From contig MU058687.1 of the NCBI GenBank assembly GCA_013265495.1, positions 4,772,093 to 4,836,092 of the forward strand: a DNA stretch of 64,000 nucleotides. Direction: 5' to 3'. Shown here piece by piece: positions 50,485 through 62,854 of this stretch (positions are counted from its first letter, which is position 1; every line of letters starts with the position of its first letter). The notes beneath the pieces were generated by a model, which ran no database searches, was not told the DNA's origin, and saw only the letters and a list, made by a program, of their open reading frames with translations. This DNA comes from Vicugna vicugna (taxonomy: Eukaryota). Position numbers and translations under genes: made by a program.

Positions 50485-52199
50485 AGTACTCACCCACTCC
50501 AGTAAGGGGCTGAAAAAGTAGAGGTCTTTCTTCCCTAGCCGAAGAAACACCACTTTACCTGCGCATACCTCTCGCACAAAAGTGAAGAGAGATGTTAAAG
50601 ATCCTAAGAGAAAAGTGGCTCTCATTGGCCAAGAGCTAGTAACAATGCTGTCAAAACAAGCTCTCAGGAACTGTATTTGCTAAGCTTCACAAATACCAGC
50701 CTTAAATCGCTGGATCCAGAACAAGACGAGACCGTCTGGAACCTGTTACAAACAAGCCTCATCCACACAATACCCCAAAGCCCTCATTATATGGCATTTT
50801 GAAACCTTCTGTCATTTTGATTTTTTGTCTTTTCTGGCCCTTTTCTCTACTTCTCCATCAAACTCAGGTGGTACTGATTTTTTTTTTCTCTTCTTAGTCT
50901 TCCGGTTTGACGCTTATCCTTTCTGACGTCCGTTATCCTTTGACACCCCATAGCATTCCTTCTGGGGGAAAGTCTGAGGGACAGCTCTGGTATGAAACCT
51001 CAATCTCCGTGTTTAATCTGCTTTGGAGAGGGCATCAGTCACTCTTCCCTTCCCAAACTCCTTCTCCTACCAGCAGGATCTCCTGAGAAGAGAAAGTCTG
51101 ATAGAATGTGGGCTGCTTGTTTATATGTCAGCTATGGAAAAAGACTTTCCTGACTACTCCCACCATCTTTGAAACTCCAGTAGTGACTTTCCGTGGTTAA
51201 TTCTTCCTGGATGATACAGTCCCACGGGTATAAAGGTTCAGGGCATCAACCTGAAACATATAAAGTCTCTCATAGAGAGGGTCACATTTCTAAAAAGGAA
51301 AACCAAATTCTGAAGATATTTTCTGGCTCTGTGAACAGCTAAAAATATGAGGATAATCATTCGTACAGCCCTGAACTTTTAATAGCAAAGGTAACCTGGA
51401 AGGAAAAATGACACTGAGCTATAGGGAGAGAAGACTAGAACAGACTTCTGGAGAATCAGCTTCTTCTTTTCAAGGGCTTCACTCCTAGATTAGCCCATCT
51501 GTCTCTAAGGGGCGTATGATTCTCGTCTATTTGGCATGACTTAAATCTAGCGAGCTGGTGAAAGTACACAGAAACTCCCTGTACTGTTTTGCAGTGTCGG
51601 TCTGTCTACAGTTATTTTAGAATAAGAGGTAAATTAAAATAAATGAAATAAATTTGTCAGTTGGGAAGTAGTTCCCCTTGCAAAAGTCTAGCCGAGGAGG
51701 GGCAAGCTGTTTCTTTGAGTACAAATACCTGTTCTACTTTTTAAATAAAATACCAGGAAGAGGGGAGGAAAAGGAGAGGAAGGAATAGAAAGATGGAGTT
51801 TCCCAGCTGCTCTGGGGGCCACCGTGTGGCATCTACTGCCCCAAACCTGCCATTTGTCAACTATCTTAACTGAACTTGCCTCAGTACAAGTCCAAAACAC
51901 ATCCCAGAGGAACTCTGCCTCACTCTACTTGTAAATTAGGTCCTTGGGGGTAAAGAGCTGCTCCCAACATGACTCTTACATCCTTGTCTCCTTTCCCTAA
52001 AGAACAAGGCGGACCGGCAGGCTGAGAGAACTGCATAGACCAGAAAATTAGCCTCTCCTCTGTCTCTTGCGAGATTGGTGATGTTCTGTTGGGGTGCCTG
52101 GGCCCATGCCCATTCACCTGGGCTCTGACTAGGAGGCTTCTTTATACACACTTTACCGTGGCATCAGAGCAAGCAGATAACTTCGCCACCCTCGTGCCT

Positions 52200-52447
52200 T
52201 AGAGGGTATTTAAGAGCCCTGGTTTTGAATTTAACCAGACTTGGGCTCTATTTTATTCTGCCACTTATGAGCTGGGTGACCTTGAACACATCACTGAGGC
52301 TCTCTATAGTCCAGGTTTTCAATCAATTAAGTGGGACTCACAATATCTAATTCATATGGCCACCAATAGGAGGTAGCCAAATCATACGTGTCAAATATTT
52401 AGCACTGGGCTTGGCACTAGCATGCCTTCAATAAATGACAGCTATTG
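52200..52447 (+). mobile_element. MIR
   Basis: tctgccacttatgagctgggtgaccttgaaca...cttcaataaatgacagctatt. Confidence 0.8.
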
Positions 52448-55400
52448 TCCCAGTCACTGTGTTTATATTTTCCAGCACCCTGTGACTCCAGTGACTGCAG
52501 ATCTGTGGCCCTTTGGGAATATCTTTTTAGAGATGAATCCTATCAGTTTCTTTATAAAATAATAAATAACCCATTTTTTATGAAATACATTATCATTATA
52601 GTGAAAATGAATAATTTCTTAATGCAGATTTATTCCAATTCAGTGTTATGACCATTAGATCCATTGTTTGTATGAGTCAGTTTTCATAGAACAGAATTTC
52701 TTCTCTGAAGAGATGGTCCAAAATTAAAATAAGGGCAAAGATTGAGTCTGCTATTCAGTCAGTGAACTGAAGGGCTTAGAGAACAAACCAGAGAAATAAC
52801 ATCCTCCAAAAAGATAAAAAGAGGAACTCCATGAGGCCCTTCATGCCATCAGTTTGGGGCTCTGCTGTGGAACTCAACCAGCCTTCACCTGTTGTTGACT
52901 ATGCAGTACTCAGAGATGTAGGGGACACCCCTACAGGACCCCAGGAAACTGTAGATCTGGCTCCAATGGCCAGACCAAGACACGTGTCAATAGACAACAC
53001 ATGATGGTCAACCAAGAGCTTCTTTTTCATTTCCTAAAGATGTTTTTAGGGGGTTCACCCTGAGGGAATCAAAGTTAAATGATACCACTGTCAGAACGGT
53101 CTCCTGAGAAGGGGGATCTAGCTAGGGATGGTTAGGGTTAGTCAAATCTGAGTCAATGGCTGAAAAATCAAGTGGAGACACACCTCATGCTGTTGGAAAT
53201 AGACACTTAGTGAGCAATCAGGAAGACATATAGACATTCAGGAATCCAGTGTAGCTGAAAGCAGGGAGTCAACGGGCTCACGAAGAGTATACATGTAGAG
53301 GATATGATAGGGAATCAAACAGAATGGGAGCAGGCGTACCAGTAAAGATCACAGGAGGGGAACACCTCCCCTATTCCAGATGCCCTGTGGGGTGGGAACA
53401 TGTGTGCTTCCCACACTAACGGAGACACTGAAGACCAGAGAGGAAAGCAGACCTGGCCGCAAGGAGCCGGTGCTGGGACTTGGAAATACACGAAAGGACT
53501 TTTTGACCAGTGTAACTATCCAGTGCTAAGTAAGGAGGTGGGCTTGAGAGACACGTCCATCTTTGAAATACCCACAACGTGTGTCTCTCCGATGCACTGA
53601 CTCTGCTTAAAGCCTTCTGCCTTAGCCTCCGAGGGACATCTCTGAACCGTTTCCTGCCAGTGTACCCCTGAGGCCGTTTGGGAAATGAGCGCTATTCCAG
53701 CTTAGCTGTGTCTCAGGGCTGCCTGGTGTGGGGAGAAGGCTGAGAGTAATTAAAAATAACTCTCAGCTCCAGTAGGGAGATTGCTCTTCCAGCCTCAGCT
53801 GTGTTCCTGTCACGTGCTCTGCGCCACAGTGAGACCCCAGCTGTAGGGCAAAAGACTCAATGTAATAATGTCTGATCTGCTCAATCTAGAGTTGATCACA
53901 AAAGAATGTTAACAATGTAAGCGTATTTGGCTGTAGGTTCTGGAAGGATTCTTAATTATTCTGTTAAAAAGGAAAAAGTATGAAAAGAACAAAAGGAGGC
54001 CAACACAGAAGTCTAACTCAGTTCTACCACAGAAGGGTCCTCTGATTGCTTTCCCTGCCTTGGCAGTCAGATCCGTTCCATTTGGAACACAGCAAGTGAA
54101 AAAGTCTGCAGACAAGGGATGTGAAATTTGTACTGAAGCTTTAGCTCCCCAGCCTGTCTCCAAGGGAAGCATTACTGAACAGCTACTGGAGATGCAAACA
54201 GAGGCCCAAGAACGTTCCTTCCATGAAGGTCAGGACCTGACACTTCCACCAGTGCCCACGGGAGAGTGAGGAAAAGGCACAAGAGCGAGATTCAGGTCCC
54301 AGGCTCGCCTGAGTCTCTGAGCTGTTCCTCCTCATGTTCTACGTGCTTTAATGGTGCAGACGCATTGGGCCACCAAGTGATTTCCTTACCGCCAGCCATC
54401 TGGGTTATGCGGACTCTTTGCTGTTAAGTGTAGTGCTATTTGAAACTGGTCAGTTCCTGTTAGGTAACTGTTTTACTATCTAATTACAAACAATATCTCC
54501 CATCTTCCTCAGTCTGAACATTGAGCTCCCTTAATCTGTGCAAACGTATCCATCCGCATTTAGAAGGTCAGCCTGCTCCATCAACCCAGTAATGAATGGA
54601 CCCATCCTTAAGGACTGGTTTGTGCCCTGCTCCAAATCCCAGTTTCCCTCTGATTTCAGACCTCTTACCTCAGCTGGTACACGCATCCCAGGCTCTCCAC
54701 TGTTGTGAACTAGACTTGCTTGGCCAATTTGTCAACCTTGAAATAAACCAACGTCACCACGAACAGCATTGTTGATATCTGGAATAAGTGCCCACTGCAA
54801 GAATTATAAAAGGAAATTGTATTGTTTTTGAACTGAGACTTAAACATTGATCTGTCTCTTGAACTATTACATTCTGTCCCCATACTTATAACAGTAATGA
54901 TGGATAACATGTTATAGAGGGCTTATTCTGTGCCAGACATAGTGCTGTGAGTGTGATATGCATCGTGTCTTCAGAACAGTTATCTGGGGGCCCGTGGTAG
55001 ACGGTATGTTCAACGTTTATTCAGATGCTCATCTATGTTGTCCCCGGTTCTTCCACCCTTCATCACCACCGCTGTATCTCCACTAGCTCCACGTCTGTTT
55101 CCTTGAGAATGGACGCTCCTGCAGATTAGGAATGACATCTATGTAATCTACTCTGTGTGGTGTGGCACCTGCTCACTCTTCCAGGAATGATGGGGGAACA
55201 GATGTTGATGCGTGTCAATCTGTGATGATCTAATGACATGTCATGGAGCACTTAAAGTCTTAGCAAAAGGAAGAGGAAAGCTAATATGTTAAGAACTTGC
55301 AGATAAATTGGTAACGCGGGATGAAGCCAAAATAGCACAGGGGACAAAGTAAAATGAATTAAATGGGTTTAGGCTTGCCAGGTAACCTGGGGTATAACCC

Positions 55401-56419
55401 CCTAAGAATGCTGTTTGTGGAAGAGAAGTCAGTGGATCATCTGTAATTCACATACTACATTTCTTCCCTGAGGTGTTCAAAACATTGGAAAGTTATCTTC
55501 TGCACCCATTACACTTTCCCTGGGATATGATTTATTTCTTGATTCTTGCAGTGATGGGTGACAGAATAGGCCCTTCCAGACAAGTTTGCATGTTTGTTTG
55601 CTGCATGTAGGTATGAGAGGTTCTGTCTTGGATTATCACAGGAGTTGGTGGAGTTTTCAGGACAGGAGAGCAGGTTTTCTGACTCCAAGGACATTTCACC
55701 ACCCACCAAACCACCCTTTGCCATGGGCTCCAGGGGAGAGCAATTGTTCAGTCTGGTACACTGAGGGAATAGTCTGTCCTCAGCACTGGAGGCTGAGCAC
55801 AGCTGCGAATAAAAGACAAAACCAGCTCTGCAATATAAATGACACATTCCATTAATACAAGTGGATCCAAATGAGCTAATTTCATTCAGTCGTACTTTTA
55901 CATTCTGCAGCTATATGGGCTTGGATACAAATGGTAATGTCAGTCTGTCAGGAGAGTGGACTGCAGTGCATAATTACAAGTTCTTGTTCAGCACTTCAGG
56001 AGCTAATCAGAGCAAGGATGTGAATCTGTAATTTGCAAATGTGCAAAGATAGAGGTTACCATGGCACTAATGGCTCCGCTGATAACATTCTTGTCACCAA
56101 ATCATAGGACTGTGGGTGCAAATTCTACAAAATAATTTGACCTCCCATTTAGTCATTTGATTATGAGAAATTTGTCCTGCTGGCAGCACCTGGGGATATT
56201 CTCAATTTAATGCTGTTCTATAATATAAAATATCATTATGCCGATAAATAAATACTGACATTCCACACTGTACACAATAATAAAGTGATAAAAGAGCAAA
56301 CTAATATATAAAAATGCAACTCAAATGTGTAATATATCACATCATTAAACCTGTTTCTAAACAACTTCATAGGATGGAATCAGGAAAGATTCAATGAGAG
56401 ATTGATAGAAAGAAAAAAT

Positions 56420-56482
56420 TACATATATATAAAATACACACATATATATATACACATATGTAACACATATATGTATATATTT
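56420..56482. repeat. (TA/CA)n low-complexity tract
   Basis: Read directly from the sequence. Confidence 0.85.
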
Positions 56483-57204
56483 TTTATTCTTCTTTATTTT
56501 CCCCCCTTAATATTTCTCTTTCAAATCTCTGAATACTTGTTCTCTTTCTCCAACAATTTCATCCAACCCCATTCTTGGGTAAGTGGAGAAACCAAGAAGC
56601 ATTTTCGAATAGAGTAGTAGTTTAATTAAGCTTCTGTCTGAAAGATTTTAGAACCTTACTGTCCAATCAGTTGATGGCTGAAAGTGATTTCTGCTTGTCA
56701 TTTTGGTCCACTTAGGCAAAAAAAAAAAAAATTATTGCTATCTGCTTCCCTCTTCCCATTTTTATCTGATGGTGAACTATAGAAGATGTCCTTCAGAAAA
56801 AACAAGTACCTACAGCACCTCCATCAATTTCTTTGGCAGTTGTAACTCTTGAAGCCTGAACTATTGTGTGTAGATAGATGCATTACGTTAGAGACACATT
56901 GACTATTCTGTTAGTAGACCCATTGTGGTCAATTCTAGCGGTAAAAAATTAGGAATCACTACCTGCATCACACGTTTCAAGCTGAATAGTTTTAATTTGG
57001 GTGCTGAAGAGAGAACCATGGCTCACCTAGTAAGGTAATTGTGGGAGACTCAGCCTCATAGAAACTTCAAGGAACATGGGTCCAGCTGCTCTTTGCCGAA
57101 GAACAGAGGAGAGGTCTCTTTCTGTAGGTGGATGTCAGATGACTTTCTCTTGAGAAAGTTCAGAAGGATGCCTTTTCTCTCACTGATTCTGTCTAGAGGG
57201 CAGC

Positions 57205-57403
57205 GTGCTGGAGTGCAAAGAACAGGTACTTTTCAGTCACATATTTGCAGGTTTAAATCTTAGTTCTGCAGCTGACTCACTGTGGACTTCAGGGAGGTTG
57301 AACTCCCTGTCTTTGTTTTCTTATTCACAAAGGGAGATGGTAACATGGAAGGGAGAGCACTCTGAGGCTGGAGGGAGATGGATGCAAAACACCTGGCATG
57401 TAC
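57205..57403 (+). mobile_element. MIR
   Basis: gtttaaatcttagttctgca...tgcaaaacacctggcatgt. Confidence 0.55.
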
Positions 57404-57855
57404 TGTCCTTTTTACAGGGACAGCTCCCTGGGAACCAGGCTTCTTGACTGAGTTTAGCATGCAGGATATTTATTAAGGCGTGTCCTTGAAACCATCACGT
57501 TTGGAAGGGAGAGGAAAGCAGCAGGATAGGGCGGAGGGAGGAGGTGAACTGCTGCAGGTGCAGTGGCAGCCTCAGCTGACTTCAGGGGAAGCTCTGGAGC
57601 TAGGAGTTGTCTGGAGCCTTTTGGAATTGTCCCAGGGTGGGCTGAGAAGGCTAGACCTCCGTGCCCCTGCACTGATTAGTTACTACATTGATGGGCTTTT
57701 CGCGGAAAGCGGGTGACCTTGGGCAAAAGGATCACTGCAACTGAGGCTAACCTTGAAGTGGCTGACAGCTACAGGCCACCTGCTGATGGCATTCCCAGGA
57801 GGGGGGGCAACAAGGCTTTCACTGAAGGCAGATGGTACATCAGGGGCCCTACACA
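57404..57855 (-). mobile_element. LTR16-like ERVL solo LTR
   Basis: gcatgcaggatatttattaagg...gcaggatagggcggagggaggaggtgaactgc...gctctggagct...gtgaccttgggc...ctaca match the recalled LTR16 antisense consensus. Confidence 0.65.
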
Positions 57856-60303
57856 GTCCCTGATACTAACAGCTGATTTCTTATGCGTGCACACTGTTTA
57901 TCCATTCCATCCTGTTTTCTCCCCGCATCACCCTCTTCCGCCTTCTCCTCCCTCTCCTCTTCCTCGCCATTCGTTTCATCTCCTTTTCCTCCTTCCTCAT
58001 CTTTTGGGTTTGTTCTGCTTTACAAAATCAAACCTCTATATAACAAGAATCTAACCTTTGCCCTTACAGAATACCTTGAAAAGTTCCAAATATGACAAAA
58101 GGGTCTTTTCCCATTAATGGATAATGACACTTTGACAGATAAGTGAGCAATTCTGCATTGATTCCCTGGAAAATTACAGCAGGATGTGGGGAGCATCGTC
58201 CAGCCTTGCATAAAACATGTATGCTATCTAAAGAGGCTTCTTTCCTGTCTGGAGGATTTATGTGTTTAAATCAAGGGCAACAAACTCAAAACACACATTT
58301 GGGCAAAGGAAGGCTTGGCTGAGTGTAAACGGAGGACCAACAGGGAAAGTGCCTTGTAGACTGTGACCTTTCAAGCTAAACTGCCTGCCCCTGGAGAAAG
58401 AGACTTATTTGAATTTACAGACATCTCAGAACTCCAGTGAGCCAGGCCTCCGACTCTTTTCCTCCAGGGCACTACAAAGCTTAAGACTTTGTAGATCAAT
58501 TAAGTCATTAGCGCTCCATCTAAATGAAGGTTGATTTCCATGAGGAGACTGAGCAGCTGGCCTGCCTCAAATGGCACAAAGGCAACCAGGGTACCAGAGT
58601 CAGAGCAAATGGCAATAAGCCGCTGGGGTCAGAGGGCCTCCAGCTTGTAGCTGAGTTCATGCTGCCTGTTTTCCTGGTGACCTCAATCACTGCCCTGGGC
58701 CGACTGAAAGCAGATACTAGACTCAGGTGCTCTCCGGTCACAAGAGAGTTTGTAAATATGATTTAAAAATCCAATTGCCCCTGCCTGTTCCACTAACAGG
58801 AGTGGTGCAAGGTGCGAGAGACTGGATGGACAGAGGCTTTCATCACGGGGAATGGTGCATCCTGACAGTTCTCTCTCTCTTCGGTGTTAGTATGGGAGAG
58901 GTCTAATTTTTAATTCAATTTGTTTCTTAAACTTTGGAAGAGACGATAACATGACTAGAAAAGCGAAAAAGCAAAACAAAAACAAAAAACAAAAGCAATT
59001 AATTCTCCCTCCTGTTTCTGTCCCTCATCTGCTAAAGAAACCAAACAATTACTGGTTTTGTGTGCTTCCAGAGGTTTCTTCTGCATATACAAGCAAATAT
59101 GAGCATTTATTCTCATTGAACCTCCTTTTAAACCAATAGGAACATGCTGTGTACATAATTCTGGATTTTGTTTTTCTCATTTAATACTTCTCAGCTGCCT
59201 TTCCTTATCAGAACATTGAGAATTTGTCATCTTTTTTTTTAACAGCTACATCCAATTTCATTGCATGAACATCCTATGTATTTAACCATTCCTCTTGTGT
59301 TTGCTGTTACAAACAATATTGCAGTTAACCTTATACGTGCCTTATTTTTTTTGCACGTTTAAGTATGTAAGATACATTCTCAAAAAAAGAATTACTAGGT
59401 TGAGGATATGTGAATTTGTAACTTCAATAAACATTGCCAAAGTGCCCTTGATAAGCATCACGCAAATTCACAGCTCACTCTCAATGAAGAAAGTATTTCC
59501 TCACACTTCGCCAACAGAAGGTTCTTGTCAGACTTGGAAATTTACCAGTCTGGTCTGTGAAAAAAGGTATTTCAGCGCAAGTTTGATTCTCTTTTTCCTA
59601 TGAGGTTGTAGCTCTTTTCACACATGTTTAAAAGCCATTTGTACATTTTTTCTATGAATTGCCTGGTGATACATTTTGCCCACTTTTATTAGTGGTTTTC
59701 TAGGTTTCTTTTCTAATGAGCTTCTGGTGGAGAAACTAATAACTCTTTCTCTGTGATATGTATGGGCTGCCAATCTCTTCTTCACCCACATTTTTGTTTG
59801 CCTTCTGATTCTGCTGATAGCCTTGCCCCTGGACTTTTGATTTTCGTAAAGTGGGATTATCAAACTTTTCTTTTATGGTGTCTGTATTTTGAATCTTAGT
59901 TAGAAAAGTGGTTTTTTTTTGCATTCTGGGGTTGTAAAGTAATTCACCCATATTTTCTTTTGGCACTGAGATGTTTTTGTTTCTTTATATTAATTTTGTA
60001 AAACATAGTACGTGGAATTTATCCTTGTATAGAGTGTGAAGTGTCTATCCAAATTTATATATTTTTCCAGATGGCTACCCAGTAATCCCAATAACATTAT
60101 TTGTATAGGCCATCATTTCCCATTTTAGCCACTTTTATGATGTTCTAAGTTCCCAAATGTGTAGGGATCTGTTTTCAGACTTTCATTCTGCTATATTGGT
60201 CTGTCCATCTATGTACATTTAAAAATTTTTGAAACTGTGTAATTTCCTGACTTTTCTCATTTGTTCATTTTTATATATAAATTTTAGGATCAGTTTCTCT
60301 AGT

Positions 60304-60412
60304 TAAATATATATATAATATATTTATACATATATAACAATATAATAAAATTTATACATATAGAAACAAAAAATAAAATAAATATACATATTTATACATA
60401 TAAAACTCATAT
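60304..60412. repeat. AT-rich (TA)n low-complexity tract
   Basis: Read directly from the sequence. Confidence 0.85.
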
Positions 60413-62180
60413 GTGTGTTTTTCTTGAGATGATGGTAATTTATAAGAGAATTATAACCTTTGTGGCTTTTGTGAGTCATTCTACTCAAGGGCACGATATG
60501 TCTCTCCTTTTGCTTGAGTTTTATTTTATGCCTTTATATAAATCTCACATTTTGTTATTAGGTTTATTCCCAAAGGCCCTTCTTTGTACCTAATTATAAA
60601 CTGGTCTTCTCTCTCATTGCATCTACTAATGAGCTGGCTGTGTACATGAAGGCCGTGAATTAAGGCATACTCATTTTGTACTCATTCCTGAGTCGTCTTG
60701 TTGATAGGAGTCATTTTCAAGCCATTTATTCTGAGAACTCCATGCATTTAGTCGTATCACCTGCAAACACTTTTATCACTCTCATTCCAGTTTTTGTATC
60801 TCTACGGTCTCTAATTACTCTGGCTAATAATACAATCCAGTAATATAGTAATGATATTGTGGGTTCCTTAGCTTTGTTCCTAACCTTAATGAGAGCGATT
60901 CTGGTGTTTCCCCAGTAATCATGAGGCTGGCTTTGGGGAATAGATAGATCGCTGTGGTTTTCTAACTTTGAACCATCCGGTCCTTGAATTCTCAGATTAG
61001 ATCTCATCAGTCTTGAGTGTTCTCTATAACGTGGGGCTGGATTCTTCTTGCTAATATAGATTTTTTTTCTTTTTCTTTACCCTTGAGCAATTTATTTAGG
61101 TTTGGAATCCTCTGCTCTTTAAAGGTGTGGAATAATTTCTCTATGAAAATTTTTGGCCTGCTACTTTCTTTTTCTGAAAGGGACTCAAATTGCTGACAAC
61201 TTTCTTTATTTCATCTGTGGAAATGGATATGTTTTAATTTTTTATCTTTTTAAAATTAGTTTTAGGTCATTACCTTTCCTAGAATATTCTCCATTCTTCT
61301 GAAGTTTTCAAATGAATTTGCATAGAGTTAATCACAACTATATTTTCTCACTCTCTGTGCTTATTTCTTATGAACCATTTTTACCTTCATGTATCTACAG
61401 TTTTCTTCCTCTTTTTCGTGATGTGATGATCTAACATTTTACCCTAATAAATTGGTCCTTTATGATTTTCTTAAATATGTTTTGTGGTGTTTTTAAATGT
61501 AGTGTCAAATATTGAATTTATTTAGTTTTATTCTTTCCTCCCATTGCTGTAAATATTTAAGGCTATAGATTTTCCTCTAAGCACTGCTTTTACTGTTGCA
61601 CATAGATTTTGATATTTAGTGCTTTTATATGGTTTTTCTAGGCAAGTTTTAAATTTGGTTTGTATTTCATTTGTCCAAAGAGTTAAGAGAGAGTTTTAAA
61701 TTTTAAAAAGAATTGGCTTCTTTTCTTGATTTTGTTGTTACTGTTCAGTTACTATACTATGATCAGAATATGTGGACTATGCTATTTTTGTTCTTTTCTG
61801 GAAAGGAGAAATCACATTTTTTTCTTTTTTAATCATATATGGTTACATTTGTGGTTTTCATGAATTCCTGGAAAGCAAGTATGTTCTTTATGTTCAAGAC
61901 ATAAAGCTTGAAATGCATTACTTAATATACATGTTAATTACATTATTTGTATAAGTTATATCCTCATTTTTTACTACTTCATCTGTCATTGAATAAGCAA
62001 GCTGACCTATGGTGTCCTATTGCTGATTTGTTGCTGAACATTTCTCCTGGTGACCCTTGACTTCGGTTTCTTGAATGTTATGATGATGTCATTTGGGTCA
62101 CAAATGGTTGTAAATCTGATATCCTCCTTGTGAATTACACCTGTTAGCATTTTAAAATGTGCTGTCTTTTGTCAATTAAT

Positions 62181-62328
62181 GTTTTTTAAACCTTCTCTTT
62201 TTAAAACATTTTGGGTGGGTAGGTAATTAGGTTTATTTATCTATTTACTTAGTGGAGGTACTGGGGATTGAACACAGGACCGCGTGCATGCTAAGCATGT
62301 GCTCTACGACTAAGCTATACCCTCCCCC
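62181..62328 (-). mobile_element. tRNA-Ala-derived SINE (camelid-type)
   Basis: Reverse complement reads GGGGGAGGGTATAGCTTAGTCGTAGAGCACATGCTTAGCATGCACGCGGTCCTGTGTTCAATCCCCAGTACCTCC, then an AT-rich body (AAATAAACCTAATTA). Target-site duplication TCAATTAAT at 62172-62180 / 62330-62338. Confidence 0.88.
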
Positions 62329-62478
62329 ATCAATTAATTTGTTCTTTTAACCTGAATACCATTCTCTGATTTTCAGATCCCTGTCACTGATTTCTTTTTG
62401 TTTGCATTCTCCTGGCATATCTTGATCTATCCTTTTGTCTTCAATGTTTTAAATTAGTTGCTTTCAAAAGCCAACCTT

Positions 62479-62629
62479 GGGGGATGGTATAGCTCAAGTG
62501 GTAGAGTGCTTGCTTAGCACGCATGAGGTCCTGGGTTCAATCCCTAGTACCTCCTCTAAAAATAAATAAACCTAATTATCTCTCCCCCGACCAAAGTAAA
62601 ATAATTGAATAATACAATAATAAATAAAT
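62479..62629 (+). mobile_element. tRNA-Ala-derived SINE (camelid-type)
   Basis: GGGGGATGGTATAGCTCAAGTGGTAGAG...TTAGCAC...GGTTCAATCCCTAGTACCTCC with A and B boxes and an A-rich tail. Imperfect target-site duplication aaaagccaacctt / aaaagccagtcctt. Confidence 0.9.
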
Positions 62630-62831
62630 AAAAGCCAGTCCTTGTTCACAGCATAGAGTTGGTGCTGCTTTGTGAGCCAACATGAAAATCATTATTTTTT
62701 GATAGGTAAATTAAGCAAATTTACATCTAATAATGTGACAGATATATTTAGTCCTGGTATTCTCATATTATTTCTTTCTTTGTTCTTATAGATTTGTTTG
62801 CTTGCTTGTTTGTTTCAGATGTGGTCTGTTT

Positions 62832-62854
62832 TGTGTGTGTGTGTGTGTGTGTGT
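62832..62854. repeat. (TG)11 microsatellite
   Basis: Read directly from the sequence. Confidence 0.95.

Noticed and set aside
62479..62556. tRNA-Ala(AGC) gene
   Set aside because: It is followed by a SINE body and A-rich tail, flanked by a target-site duplication, has imperfect stems, and a second diverged copy is adjacent. It is a SINE, not a tRNA gene.
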